Positions 6,274 through 15,683 of a DNA stretch of 64,000 nucleotides are shown here, piece after piece; position 1 is the stretch's first letter; each line of letters starts with the position of its first letter. The stretch comes from an uncultured Bacteroidales bacterium. GTDB taxonomy: Bacteria > Bacteroidota > Bacteroidia > Bacteroidales > VadinHA17. The position numbers and the translations under genes are program-made. The stretch is taken from positions 36,319 through 100,318 of the forward strand of contig CAWBQN010000006.1 in assembly GCA_963791065.1 (NCBI GenBank). The letters are read 5' to 3'. The notes beneath the pieces were generated by a model. It had not been told where the DNA came from, ran no database searches, and worked only from the letters and a program-made list of their open reading frames with translations.

Positions 6274-9249
6274 ATGAAAAAGGTCCGGAAAAAAATTGAG
6301 CTAAAACGACACAACGACGAAGTCAATCCGAATGAGCTGGTCACGGATAATGAAAATCTATTTTCCGGGCTTCTGGACGATCTTGGCAAAGACAGACAAG
6401 CTTCCCGGAGAGACTTTTTGAAATTATGCGGATTCAGCTTTGCCGTTTCCGCCCTTTCTGCCTGCCAGTCGAAAATCAGTAAAGCATTGCCGTACGCTTT
6501 GGCTCCAGTTGAGATGACACCTGGTGAAGCGCTCTTCTATGCCTCGAGCTACATTAACGGAAATGACTATTGCAGTATTCTGATAAAGACAAGGGATGGG
6601 CGGCCAATAAAGATTGAAGGCAATCCTGAATCAGGTATGACCAGGGGAGGTACCAGTGCAAGAGTCCAGGCATCGGTTCTTGATCTTTATGATACCGGAC
6701 GGTTCCACGGACCATTCGCAGATGGCAGGTCCGTTACCTGGGATGCCATGGATAAAGATATCCAGGAAAAACTACATAAGATAATTGAAGAAAAAGGGAC
6801 TATTGTTCTGCTCACACCGACTGTTTTCAGCCCTTCGACTGAAGCTGTAATTTCCGGTTTCCTCGAAAAATTCAAAGGCTCTGAATGGGTACAGTATGAT
6901 GCGATCTCCTGTTCAGCAATGCTGGAAGCCAATAAGATAAGCTTTGGGAAACAGGTTATACCAGATTTCCGGTTCGACAAGGCTGACGTGGTAGTAAGCT
7001 TTGGAGCCGATTTTCTGGGCACCTGGCTTTCTCCGATAGAATACACGGAACAATTCAGTTCCCGTAGGGACCCGGAACAGGCAATGAACTACCTGGTTCA
7101 GCTTGAATCCAATCTCAGTCTTACAGGGAGTAATGCCGACCTGAGAATTCAAATCAAGCCTTCGGAGGAGGCAGCGGTCCTTATGAATATTTACAGGGAA
7201 ATTATTAAAAACGTTGAACATCACGATATCAGTGCCCCGTCTTCGCCTGTTGATGTAAGCGGAATATCAGCCAAACTTCTTGCGGCAACCGGAAAATCAC
7301 TTGTAATTTCGGGTTCAAATGTCAGAGAGATTCAGCTTCTTGTAAATGAAATTAACCGGTCGCTTGGCAACATTGGACAAACGATATTGTTCGAATCGTA
7401 TCTTAAGACACATGCTGCACTAGACAGCAACATGGAGAGGCTTGTCGGGAAGATGCATGAAGGTTCAGTAAATGCAATTCTGATTTGGAACGTGAACCCG
7501 GTTTACACATGGTATAACAAAGATGCTTTTACTGAAGGTCTTAAAAAAGTAGGTCTGACAATATCGCTTTCAGGGGCTCCTGATGAAACAAGCAACCTGG
7601 TCAAATATATATGTCCCGATAGCAACTACCTCGAGAGCTGGAACGATGCTGAACCAAAAAAGAATCATTATAGTCTGATGCAGCCTGCTATCAGCCCGAT
7701 ATTTAATACGCGTCAGATGGCTGACACCTTGCTGAAATGGTCAGGTACGACTAAGGGGATGTATGATTTTATGAAAACTTACTGGACCGGTAATATGATG
7801 AGGCGGCAGTCGGAGTTCCTGAATCCTGTTGATTTTTTTGATCATACTTTGCAAAGAGGGATCTTTGAACCGGGCGGGGTACCAGGTGAAAGCCTTGCAC
7901 CAGCTTCTGTATCCAGGCAAACCCTATTCAATCCCTCGTTGACTCTGACCGGAAAAGAATCAGATAAAAATACTTTAGAGTTAGTTTTGTATGAGAGGGT
8001 TCCTATGGGTGAGGGAAGGCAGGCTAATAATCCCTGGCTCCAGGAATTGCCCGATCCGGTAACAAGGATCTGCTGGGATAATTATGCAACAATATCTCCT
8101 GCGCAGGCAAAGGAGAACAACCTGAATGATAATGATGTTATAAATATTGGCAAGATTGAACTTCCTGTACTGATACAACCGGGACAGGTTTATGGAACAA
8201 TAGGTATAGCCCTCGGTTATGGGCGAACAGTCTGCGGGAAGGTTGGCACAGGTGTTGGCGTGGATGCCTGGTCAATGGTATCATCGGAGAATGGCAACAG
8301 ATCTTATAGCGGGAATCATGTCACCATAGCAAAGACCGGAAAGGTGATTGCTTTTGCACAGGTTCAGACTCATCATAGCATGGAAGGCAGGGCCCTGGCA
8401 CGCGAAACTGTTCTGAAAGAGTTCAAAAATAATCCCTCTTCAGGTAATGAATTGCACAGCTACTTCGCCGGGCATAACAAAAGCCTTTATAAAGACAGGA
8501 CATATCCGCATCATCACTGGGGAATGGCTATAGATCTCAGTAAATGTACAGGATGCGGAACCTGCGTAATAGCATGCCAGGCTGAAAACAATGTTCCTGT
8601 TGTCGGGAGGGAGGAAGTTCACCGTGTTCACGAAATGCAATGGCTTAGAATAGACAGATATTATACAGGAGATGATGAAAATCCAGGCGTTCTTTTCCAG
8701 CCTGTTTTGTGCCAGCATTGTCAGAATGCTCCCTGTGAGAATGTTTGTCCGGTTGCAGCTACCAACCATAGTTCTGAAGGGTTGAACCAGATGATTTACA
8801 ACCGGTGTTTCGGAACAAGGTACTGCAATAATAACTGCCCGTACAAGGTGAGAAGATTCAACTGGTTCAATTATACATCAGCCGGCACGCTTTCCCACAA
8901 TTTAAAGGATGTTGAAGGGATGACCACGGATCTGCGCAGGATGGTTCTCAACCCCGATGTAACAGTGCGGGCCCAGGGCGTAATAGAAAAGTGTTCATTC
9001 TGCATACAGCGCATTCAGGCTGGCAAATTAAATGCAAAAAAAGAAAACAGGGCATTATTTGAGTATGAGATTAAAACAGCTTGTTCTCAAAGCTGTCCGG
9101 CTAACGCAATTGTCTTTGGGGATATGAATGATCACAACAGTGAGTTGAACAGGCTTATCAGCAGCGGACGAAGATATAACCTGCTCGAGGAGTTATTTAC
9201 CCGGCCTTCGGTGAATTATCTTACTAAAGTTAGAAACAAGATTTTATAA
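6274..9249 (+). CDS. actB: ACIII subunit ActB (molybdopterin-oxidoreductase-like domain fused to a 4-cluster Fe-S domain)
   Basis: Tat motif SRRDFLK. Cys clusters CTGCGTCVIAC, CQHCQNAPCENVCP, CFGTRYCNNNCP and CSFCIQR...CSQSCP. 991 aa. Confidence 0.93.
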   Translation: MKKVRKKIELKRHNDEVNPNELVTDNENLFSGLLDDLGKDRQASRRDFLKLCGFSFAVSALSACQSKISKALPYALAPVEMTPGEALFYASSYINGNDYCSILIKTRDGRPIKIEGNPESGMTRGGTSARVQASVLDLYDTGRFHGPFADGRSVTWDAMDKDIQEKLHKIIEEKGTIVLLTPTVFSPSTEAVISGFLEKFKGSEWVQYDAISCSAMLEANKISFGKQVIPDFRFDKADVVVSFGADFLGTWLSPIEYTEQFSSRRDPEQAMNYLVQLESNLSLTGSNADLRIQIKPSEEAAVLMNIYREIIKNVEHHDISAPSSPVDVSGISAKLLAATGKSLVISGSNVREIQLLVNEINRSLGNIGQTILFESYLKTHAALDSNMERLVGKMHEGSVNAILIWNVNPVYTWYNKDAFTEGLKKVGLTISLSGAPDETSNLVKYICPDSNYLESWNDAEPKKNHYSLMQPAISPIFNTRQMADTLLKWSGTTKGMYDFMKTYWTGNMMRRQSEFLNPVDFFDHTLQRGIFEPGGVPGESLAPASVSRQTLFNPSLTLTGKESDKNTLELVLYERVPMGEGRQANNPWLQELPDPVTRICWDNYATISPAQAKENNLNDNDVINIGKIELPVLIQPGQVYGTIGIALGYGRTVCGKVGTGVGVDAWSMVSSENGNRSYSGNHVTIAKTGKVIAFAQVQTHHSMEGRALARETVLKEFKNNPSSGNELHSYFAGHNKSLYKDRTYPHHHWGMAIDLSKCTGCGTCVIACQAENNVPVVGREEVHRVHEMQWLRIDRYYTGDDENPGVLFQPVLCQHCQNAPCENVCPVAATNHSSEGLNQMIYNRCFGTRYCNNNCPYKVRRFNWFNYTSAGTLSHNLKDVEGMTTDLRRMVLNPDVTVRAQGVIEKCSFCIQRIQAGKLNAKKENRALFEYEIKTACSQSCPANAIVFGDMNDHNSELNRLISSGRRYNLLEELFTRPSVNYLTKVRNKIL

Positions 9250-9258
9250 GAAATACTT

Positions 9259-10644
9259 ATGAGCATTGTTCAATCCCCTCTGAGGGCTCCTTTGATTGAA
9301 GGAACAAAAACTTATCACAGCATTACCAGCGACCTGCTTAAACCAACGCTGAATAAAGCTGGTAAGTTATGGTACATGGGGATGACTTTATCGAACCTGG
9401 CTATGTTATTTGGATTGATAATGATCGGCTGGACTGTATGGCAGGGTATTGGTACCTGGGGAGAAAACAGGACAGTTGGCTGGGCATTTGAGATCACAAC
9501 CTTTGTATGGTGGATAGGAATCGGGCATGCCGGGACTTTTATTTCTGCCATTCTGCTGCTGTTCAGGCAGAAGTGGAGAAACAGTATCAACCGTTCCGCA
9601 GAGGCAATGACCATTTTTGCCGTGATATGTGCTGCGCTCTTTCCTCTTATTCACCTTGGCCGGCCCCTTCTGACATTTTTTATATTCCCTTATCCGAACA
9701 CGCGGGGAGTATGGGTTAATTTTAATTCACCTCTGGTATGGGATGTATTTGCAATATCCACATATTTTACTATTTCGCTGGTGTTCTGGTATGTGGGGCT
9801 GATACCCGATATTGGTACATTACGCGATAAGCTCAAGAATGGTTTTAAAAAGAATATTTATAATTTTTTGAGCTTCGGATGGACGGGTTCAGCAAGACAC
9901 TGGCACAGACATGAGGTCACATCCATTATGCTTGCTGCAATAGCTACTCCACTTGTATTGTCGGTGCATAGCATTGTGAGTATGGATTTTGCCTCATCAA
10001 TACTCCCGGGGTGGCATACTACTATTTTCCCGCCATACTTTGTTGCCGGAGCAATATTCTCAGGATTCGCCATGGTACTGACCCTACTGATAATAGCGAG
10101 GAAAACAATGGGACTTGAGGACTATATTACAGTGAGTCATATTGAAAACATGAACAAAATACTGATTGCTACGGGCTCAATTGTCGCCCTTGCATATATG
10201 ACCGAGATGTTTATGTCGTGGTACTCGGGAAATGAATATGAACACTATGCCTATATGAACCGGGCAACCGGACCCTACTGGTGGGCGTACGTTATAATGA
10301 TCGTCTGTAATGTATTTGCTTCACAGCTGCTCTGGATCAGGAAGCTCCGGACAAGCCTGATGTTCACCTTCTTCCTGTCAATTGTAATTAATATCGGTAT
10401 GTGGTTCGAACGCTTCGTGATTATTGTTACTTCTCTTCATCGCGACTTTCTGACTTCAAGCTGGACCATGTATAAACCTACAATTGTCGAATACGGATTA
10501 ATAATCGGGACCCTGGGGATCTTCTTCACGGCATTTCTGCTGTTTATACGGATCTTCCCGGTTATCTCCATTTCGGAAGTTAAATCAGTCCTCAAAATAA
10601 CAGGTGAGGATCACCATAAAAAAGACTTGAGCCATGAGAGCTAG
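9259..10644 (+). CDS. actC: ACIII membrane subunit ActC (NrfD/PsrC family quinol-binding)
   Basis: 461-aa polytopic NrfD-like protein immediately after actB. Confidence 0.9.
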   Translation: MSIVQSPLRAPLIEGTKTYHSITSDLLKPTLNKAGKLWYMGMTLSNLAMLFGLIMIGWTVWQGIGTWGENRTVGWAFEITTFVWWIGIGHAGTFISAILLLFRQKWRNSINRSAEAMTIFAVICAALFPLIHLGRPLLTFFIFPYPNTRGVWVNFNSPLVWDVFAISTYFTISLVFWYVGLIPDIGTLRDKLKNGFKKNIYNFLSFGWTGSARHWHRHEVTSIMLAAIATPLVLSVHSIVSMDFASSILPGWHTTIFPPYFVAGAIFSGFAMVLTLLIIARKTMGLEDYITVSHIENMNKILIATGSIVALAYMTEMFMSWYSGNEYEHYAYMNRATGPYWWAYVIMIVCNVFASQLLWIRKLRTSLMFTFFLSIVINIGMWFERFVIIVTSLHRDFLTSSWTMYKPTIVEYGLIIGTLGIFFTAFLLFIRIFPVISISEVKSVLKITGEDHHKKDLSHES

Positions 10645-11143
10645 GAATTATATATCAATTTATTTTGATGACGAAGTTCCATTGCTCCAGGCTGTGAAGA
10701 AACTTCGTGACAGCAACATGATCATTGCTGATGTGCTTTCTCCATTCCCGGTGCATGGGATTGACGAAGCCCTGTCTATGAAACGAACGCGAATACCGGT
10801 TGGGGGGTTTATCTTTGGCGCCCTCGGAGCTTTACTCGCATTTGGATTTCAGGCATGGGTATTCACTGTAAGTTATCCGCTGATAATTGGCGGGAAGCCT
10901 TACTTTGCAGCTCCGTCCTTTATTCCTATAACCTTCGAGCTTACCGTTCTCTTTTCAGGACTGTCTATGGCTGCAGCCCTGCTGATAAGATCAAGACTGA
11001 AGCCTGATATAAGGTTCGCGGCAATTGATAAAAGAATAACCGATGACAGATTTGTCATTCTGGTTGAAGCAACAGATGAAGTGACCACACTTAAGAGTGT
11101 TACAACGCTTTTATCGGGAATTCAAACTATAGAAATAAGGTAA
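10634..11143 (+). CDS. actD: ACIII subunit ActD (DUF3341)
   Basis: 169 aa. N-terminal soluble domain ending SPFPVHGIDEAL, followed by two TM helices. Overlaps actC by 11 nt. Confidence 0.85.
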   Translation: MRARNYISIYFDDEVPLLQAVKKLRDSNMIIADVLSPFPVHGIDEALSMKRTRIPVGGFIFGALGALLAFGFQAWVFTVSYPLIIGGKPYFAAPSFIPITFELTVLFSGLSMAAALLIRSRLKPDIRFAAIDKRITDDRFVILVEATDEVTTLKSVTTLLSGIQTIEIR

Positions 11144-11158
11144 TTAGATAACAGCAAC

Positions 11159-12322
11159 ATGGAGGAACAATTCAAATTTAAAAAACTATACCGAAACGTT
11201 CTGGGAATTATATTTGTGGCTGGGATCCTGGTTGCATCGGCAGCAATTCTTATTTCTAAAGCCGGCGCCCCGAGGATTTGGGCTAATATACTGCTCAACA
11301 ACCAGTTCTTTATGGGACTTTCGCTCGGAGCGGCCTTCTTCCTTGCAGTGCACAGGCTGGCTCTTTCAGGATGGCATGCGGTTCTCCAGAGATTACCCGA
11401 TTCAATGACAGCTTTCCTGCCTGTTGCCTTTATACTGATGCTTCTCATTTATTTTGGAATGCACGATTTGTATCTCTGGTCAGATAATAATATATCTGAT
11501 CCTGTTATAGAAGGGAAAAAAGCCTGGCTCAATGTTCCGTTTTTCTTTATCAGGCTGATAATCTATTTCGCAGGCTGGATAGTTCTTACACGTATGATGA
11601 GAACAAATACCAATGCATTGATTACTTCATCAGATATTAAGTTTTATAATCGGGCAAAACTCTACTCGGGCCTTTTCCTGGTATTTTATGCAATTACCGT
11701 TTCTTCAAGCAGCTGGGACTGGATAATGTCTCTCGATGCACACTGGTACAGTACTATTTTTGGATGGTATGTCTTAATTGGAATGTTCGTGACCTCACTG
11801 GCGTTTATTACTTTGATGATCTGGTTTCTGAAACGTCAGGGATACCTTAAATATATCAGGACAGATCATGTTCATGACATGGCAATTTATATGTTCTGTT
11901 TCAGCATTTTCTGGACCTACCAGTGGTTTTCGCAATATGAGCTAATCTGGTATGGTCATCTGCCTGAGGAAACGTCATATTTCATTCCAAGGCTGCATGA
12001 GTATAAAATTGTTTTCTTTGTTAATCTAGGCATAAATTTTATAGTTCCCTTTTTTGGACTGATCACTTATAATTCAAAGCGGCAACTTAACTGGGTGGCT
12101 TTAATAGCCGCAGTTGTACTGATAGGTCATTGGATAGATTACTGGCTGATGATCATGCCGGCAACAGCGGGTGCTAAGGCTGGTATGGGGGTCCTGGAAA
12201 TTTCCATGACAATAGTTTATTCCTGTCTGTTCATTTTCATAGTTTTCAGATCTCTCTCAAAAGGTCCGATTGTAGTGAAAAATGATCCATTCCTGGCGGA
12301 AAGCCTGAATTATGAATCGTAA
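11159..12322 (+). CDS. actF: ACIII membrane subunit ActF
   Basis: 387-aa polytopic membrane protein in the act cluster with Bacteroidota ActF-like N-terminus. Position is unusual, since it precedes actE. Confidence 0.75.
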   Translation: MEEQFKFKKLYRNVLGIIFVAGILVASAAILISKAGAPRIWANILLNNQFFMGLSLGAAFFLAVHRLALSGWHAVLQRLPDSMTAFLPVAFILMLLIYFGMHDLYLWSDNNISDPVIEGKKAWLNVPFFFIRLIIYFAGWIVLTRMMRTNTNALITSSDIKFYNRAKLYSGLFLVFYAITVSSSSWDWIMSLDAHWYSTIFGWYVLIGMFVTSLAFITLMIWFLKRQGYLKYIRTDHVHDMAIYMFCFSIFWTYQWFSQYELIWYGHLPEETSYFIPRLHEYKIVFFVNLGINFIVPFFGLITYNSKRQLNWVALIAAVVLIGHWIDYWLMIMPATAGAKAGMGVLEISMTIVYSCLFIFIVFRSLSKGPIVVKNDPFLAESLNYES

Positions 12323-12944
12323 ATTTTATGTGTATTTGAAAATGCATCGGGTAAGACAAATATCAATCAGGATTTCAGTTATTTTACTGACCGGAATAAT
12401 TATATCGTCATGCGACAGGCAAAGGAATATGCGCGGATATGACTTTATACCTGATATGGCATATTCACAGGAATATGAAACATATTCAACAAATCCCAAT
12501 TTTCGTGATAGTTCCACAATGAGGATTCCGGTTGACGGGACAGTCCCCAGGGGATTTATACCTTTCAGGTATACGATTGACTCGGCATCACGTTTAAGGG
12601 CAGGAAACGAGCTTAAAAACCCCTTTATGCCCACAGGAGATGTTCTTGCCAGGGGCAAATTAATATTTACAACATTCTGTATTGGTTGTCATGGAGCGCA
12701 GGGAAAGGGAGATGGTCAGCTTTTCAGCAGCGGACTTTATCCATTGAAACCAAGGGATATTTCCGCTGCTCCAACGGCAAAACTGAAAGATGGAATGATA
12801 TTTCATACAATAACACTTGGATTTGGCTCAATGGGCGCTCATGGCGCCCAGATAAACCCGGACGACAGGTGGAAGCTTGTACTCTATGTGAGGGAATTAC
12901 AAAAACAGGCACAGAAGGCGAGGGATACGACCAAGACCCGATGA
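12312..12944 (+). CDS. actE: ACIII monohaem cytochrome c subunit ActE (lipoprotein)
   Basis: Lipobox IISSC and a single CIGCH. Alternative start at ATG 12342. Confidence 0.8.
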   Translation: MNRKFYVYLKMHRVRQISIRISVILLTGIIISSCDRQRNMRGYDFIPDMAYSQEYETYSTNPNFRDSSTMRIPVDGTVPRGFIPFRYTIDSASRLRAGNELKNPFMPTGDVLARGKLIFTTFCIGCHGAQGKGDGQLFSSGLYPLKPRDISAAPTAKLKDGMIFHTITLGFGSMGAHGAQINPDDRWKLVLYVRELQKQAQKARDTTKTR

Positions 12945-12957
12945 ACTAACCCCTGTC

Positions 12958-13833
12958 TCACCCTATTATCCTGTCCGAGATCAGAAGCAGAAGGATCAGC
13001 AGGAAATATAAATCGAGGTACAATGAGTATCTCTTGAAGTTATTGCTGTTTGACCTGATCTTTAACAGTGTCGAGAATTGACAGATTATATAAATTGAGG
13101 CTAGCAGAAGAATTAAAATTACAATGTCGGACCGGATTATTTCAAAATAACACAGGAAAAGGGCTGCAATAACTGAAGATACAACCCAGGTAAATGTTAA
13201 TCTTTTAATTTGTTTCGGACTAAAAACATCAATCAGGTTTGGTATCCCGGCAAGTTTATATTCTTCTCCATATTTCATGATAAGTAACCAGAAGTGAGGA
13301 ATCTGGCCAGTAAAGATCAGAAATTCAACGAACAGAACTGGTTTATCCCATAAACCGCCTCCGGCAGCTACCCATCCGATAAGAGGAGGTAAGGCACCTG
13401 TGATTGCACCCGGAACAACAGCAAATGCAGTGATTCTCTTGGCATAAGTATAGATCCCATTGTACCATATGATTGTAATAAGACCGATAATTACGGCTTT
13501 AAGGTTCCCGGCATAATAAATAAATATTATACCGGCAAAAAGGTTTATAAGGACGAAAATAGTTGCTCCCTTCACACTGACCCTGTGTCCGGGCAGCGGA
13601 CGATTTCTGGTTCTGTCCATTTTGCTGTCGGTGTCAACTTCCTGAATCTGGTTAAGAACCGACGCAGAGACAGCCATAAAGAGAATCCCGCAGCTGGTTA
13701 TAAAAATCCGTAAACTAAGATGTGGATCAAAAATAAAATATCCCGTGAATCCTGTCAGAGCCACCGGGATCATAATTTTAATTTTGGTAAGTTCTAAATA
13801 GTCCTTAGGTTTATTTCCCCGGTTATTTGTCAT
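12958..13833 (-). CDS. ctaB: protohaem IX farnesyltransferase (haem O synthase)
   Basis: UbiA-family polytopic protein with DRTRNRPLP motif. Last gene of the cox operon. Confidence 0.9.
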   Translation of the reverse strand: MTNNRGNKPKDYLELTKIKIMIPVALTGFTGYFIFDPHLSLRIFITSCGILFMAVSASVLNQIQEVDTDSKMDRTRNRPLPGHRVSVKGATIFVLINLFAGIIFIYYAGNLKAVIIGLITIIWYNGIYTYAKRITAFAVVPGAITGALPPLIGWVAAGGGLWDKPVLFVEFLIFTGQIPHFWLLIMKYGEEYKLAGIPNLIDVFSPKQIKRLTFTWVVSSVIAALFLCYFEIIRSDIVILILLLASIYIICQFSTLLKIRSNSNNFKRYSLYLDLYFLLILLLLISDRIIG

Positions 13834-14770
13834 TAACAGTTTTCAGGTATTCAATTATTTTCGCTATATCATCATCGCTTATAGTGCTCCGGAAACTTTG
13901 CATTAGTCCTGAAGGGAATCCTTTTGTAATATCGGCGTTGGGATCAAGAATGGATCTTCTTATGTACTCATCATTAGCGGTAATAGTGATTTCCTTCCCG
14001 TCACGCAACACAACTTGTTGTGAACCATACAAATTTAAATAACTGGGGCCGATCAGCTTTGACCCGTCGGTGGTATGGCATGCAAAACAGCCCTGGATCC
14101 TCATTATTGACTCTCCTGCTGCTCCCGGGGCATTGCCGGCCGCTGCAACCGGCTTAGCACTTTCAGCATACCATGTATTAAATTTGTCCTTTGCCATAAC
14201 ATTAACGGTAGAATGCATGTATGAGTGCTGCAATCCACAATACTCGGCACAAAAAATTTTATATTTACCTTCCGTCTCAGGAAGAAACCACATAAACTTT
14301 TTTCTTCCTGGTATGATGTCAGATTTTATCCTGAAGTCAGGAATGAAAAGACTGTGAATTACATCAAGTGAGATAAGGTTAATTTTAACGGGTGTATTAA
14401 CAGGAACTATCAGATCGGGACTTTGTTTTCCATTATCATAAATGAACATAAAATTCCACATTCTTGCCACAGCTGTGATGTTCATGGCATCTTTAGGTGG
14501 CTTTGTAGTGGGTTTCCATCCTGCCCACCCCAGGTGGAACATAAACAATGCCAAGAGAACCGGAATAACTGTCCAGGTTACCTCCAGAAATGTATTTCCT
14601 TCGATCTGAACTGCCACAGCATGTTTCTTCCGATTATACTTGAAGATGAAGTATATCATGGCAAAAGTAAGCCCTGCAAGAAGTAACAACGAAATACCCG
14701 CAATAAAGTAAAATGCAGTATTATACGTTGATACATAATTTGAAGCTTCAATGCCTGTAGTTGAATACAT
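13823..14770 (-). CDS. ctaC: cytochrome c oxidase subunit II with fused C-terminal cytochrome c (caa3 type)
   Basis: CuA site H...CAEYCGLQHSYM and C-terminal CFACH haem c motif. Two N-terminal TM helices. Confidence 0.92.
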   Translation of the reverse strand: MYSTTGIEASNYVSTYNTAFYFIAGISLLLLAGLTFAMIYFIFKYNRKKHAVAVQIEGNTFLEVTWTVIPVLLALFMFHLGWAGWKPTTKPPKDAMNITAVARMWNFMFIYDNGKQSPDLIVPVNTPVKINLISLDVIHSLFIPDFRIKSDIIPGRKKFMWFLPETEGKYKIFCAEYCGLQHSYMHSTVNVMAKDKFNTWYAESAKPVAAAGNAPGAAGESIMRIQGCFACHTTDGSKLIGPSYLNLYGSQQVVLRDGKEITITANDEYIRRSILDPNADITKGFPSGLMQSFRSTISDDDIAKIIEYLKTVNDK

Positions 14771-14775
14771 AATTG

Positions 14776-15069
14776 TTATCTATAAAGGTAGTCGAGAAGA
14801 GTTATTGTTATTACCGCGCAGAGAAGAGAAACAACGCCAATGACTGCCAATGAAAACATCCTGCTCTCAAACTTCAGGTGCATGAAAATACGCAGCACAA
14901 ATGATGATTTAACTGCAGCAATGATCAACGCAGCTGCGACCGTCAATGCTCCCAGATAGATTTGAGTCAGAGCAACTGACGTAAGTGTCAGAGTAATTAA
15001 CAATGCCAGGATGATTAGGAATGTCCTGTAAGGAATTATATGATCTTTTTCATTCTCTTTTGTCTTCAT
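14776..15069 (-). CDS. cytochrome c oxidase subunit IV-like small membrane protein
   Basis: Three-TM protein of about 97 aa between subunits III and II. Start placed at ATG 15069, 5 nt after the ctaE stop. An upstream ATG at 15114 would overlap ctaE by 40 nt. Confidence 0.7.
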   Translation of the reverse strand: MKTKENEKDHIIPYRTFLIILALLITLTLTSVALTQIYLGALTVAAALIIAAVKSSFVLRIFMHLKFESRMFSLAVIGVVSLLCAVITITLLDYLYR

Positions 15070-15074
15070 CAGCT

Positions 15075-15683
15075 TTATGTAATAAGATAAAACAACGGAA
15101 ACAGGAATATCCATATGAGATCAACGAGATGCCAGTACAGTCCGCTGTTTTCATGTAAAACACAATTTTCAGAATTGATTTTATTTTTTGAGATTGATAC
15201 TGTAATAATCAGAATAAAGACCAGGCCAACGATAATATGAAGAGCATGAAGTCCGGTCATAAAAAAGTACAGGCCATAAAAGAGCACATCGCCATGACCG
15301 CGAAGAGCCAGAACGGAAGAGCCCGGATAGATATGTTGCCTGAAATGTTCTCCCCATTCGAAATATTTATTTACCAGAAATGCCAGTCCCAGAATAACTG
15401 TTGTACCCAGCAGCATGAGTGAAAGTCTTTTATTTTTCAAACGGAGGGCGGTAATCGACATTGCTATTGTCGTACTGCTTGTCAGAAGAATAATAGTATT
15501 TATTGTACCGATTCCTACGCTCAGTTCCTGAGCAGCCATGTGAAATGCAACTGCGTTCCTATATCTGTACACTGAATAGACTATAAAAAGTCCGCCGAAC
15601 AACAGCATTTCGGTAAAAAGGAATAACCACATCCCGGTCTTAGATGTCTGATCGTCTCGGTGTGCAGCTATTATAGTGTTCAT
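15075..15683 (-). CDS. ctaE: cytochrome c oxidase subunit III
   Basis: 202-aa, 5-TM protein with the subunit III-like ending HLVDLIWIFLFPLFYL. Confidence 0.88.
   Translation of the reverse strand: MNTIIAAHRDDQTSKTGMWLFLFTEMLLFGGLFIVYSVYRYRNAVAFHMAAQELSVGIGTINTIILLTSSTTIAMSITALRLKNKRLSLMLLGTTVILGLAFLVNKYFEWGEHFRQHIYPGSSVLALRGHGDVLFYGLYFFMTGLHALHIIVGLVFILIITVSISKNKINSENCVLHENSGLYWHLVDLIWIFLFPLFYLIT

Noticed and set aside
10403-10410. GGTTCGAA, a tRNA T-loop-like string.
   Set aside because: It lies inside actC coding sequence (MWFERF) with no acceptor or anticodon stems around it. No other intergenic region shows a cloverleaf. No tRNA genes are called.
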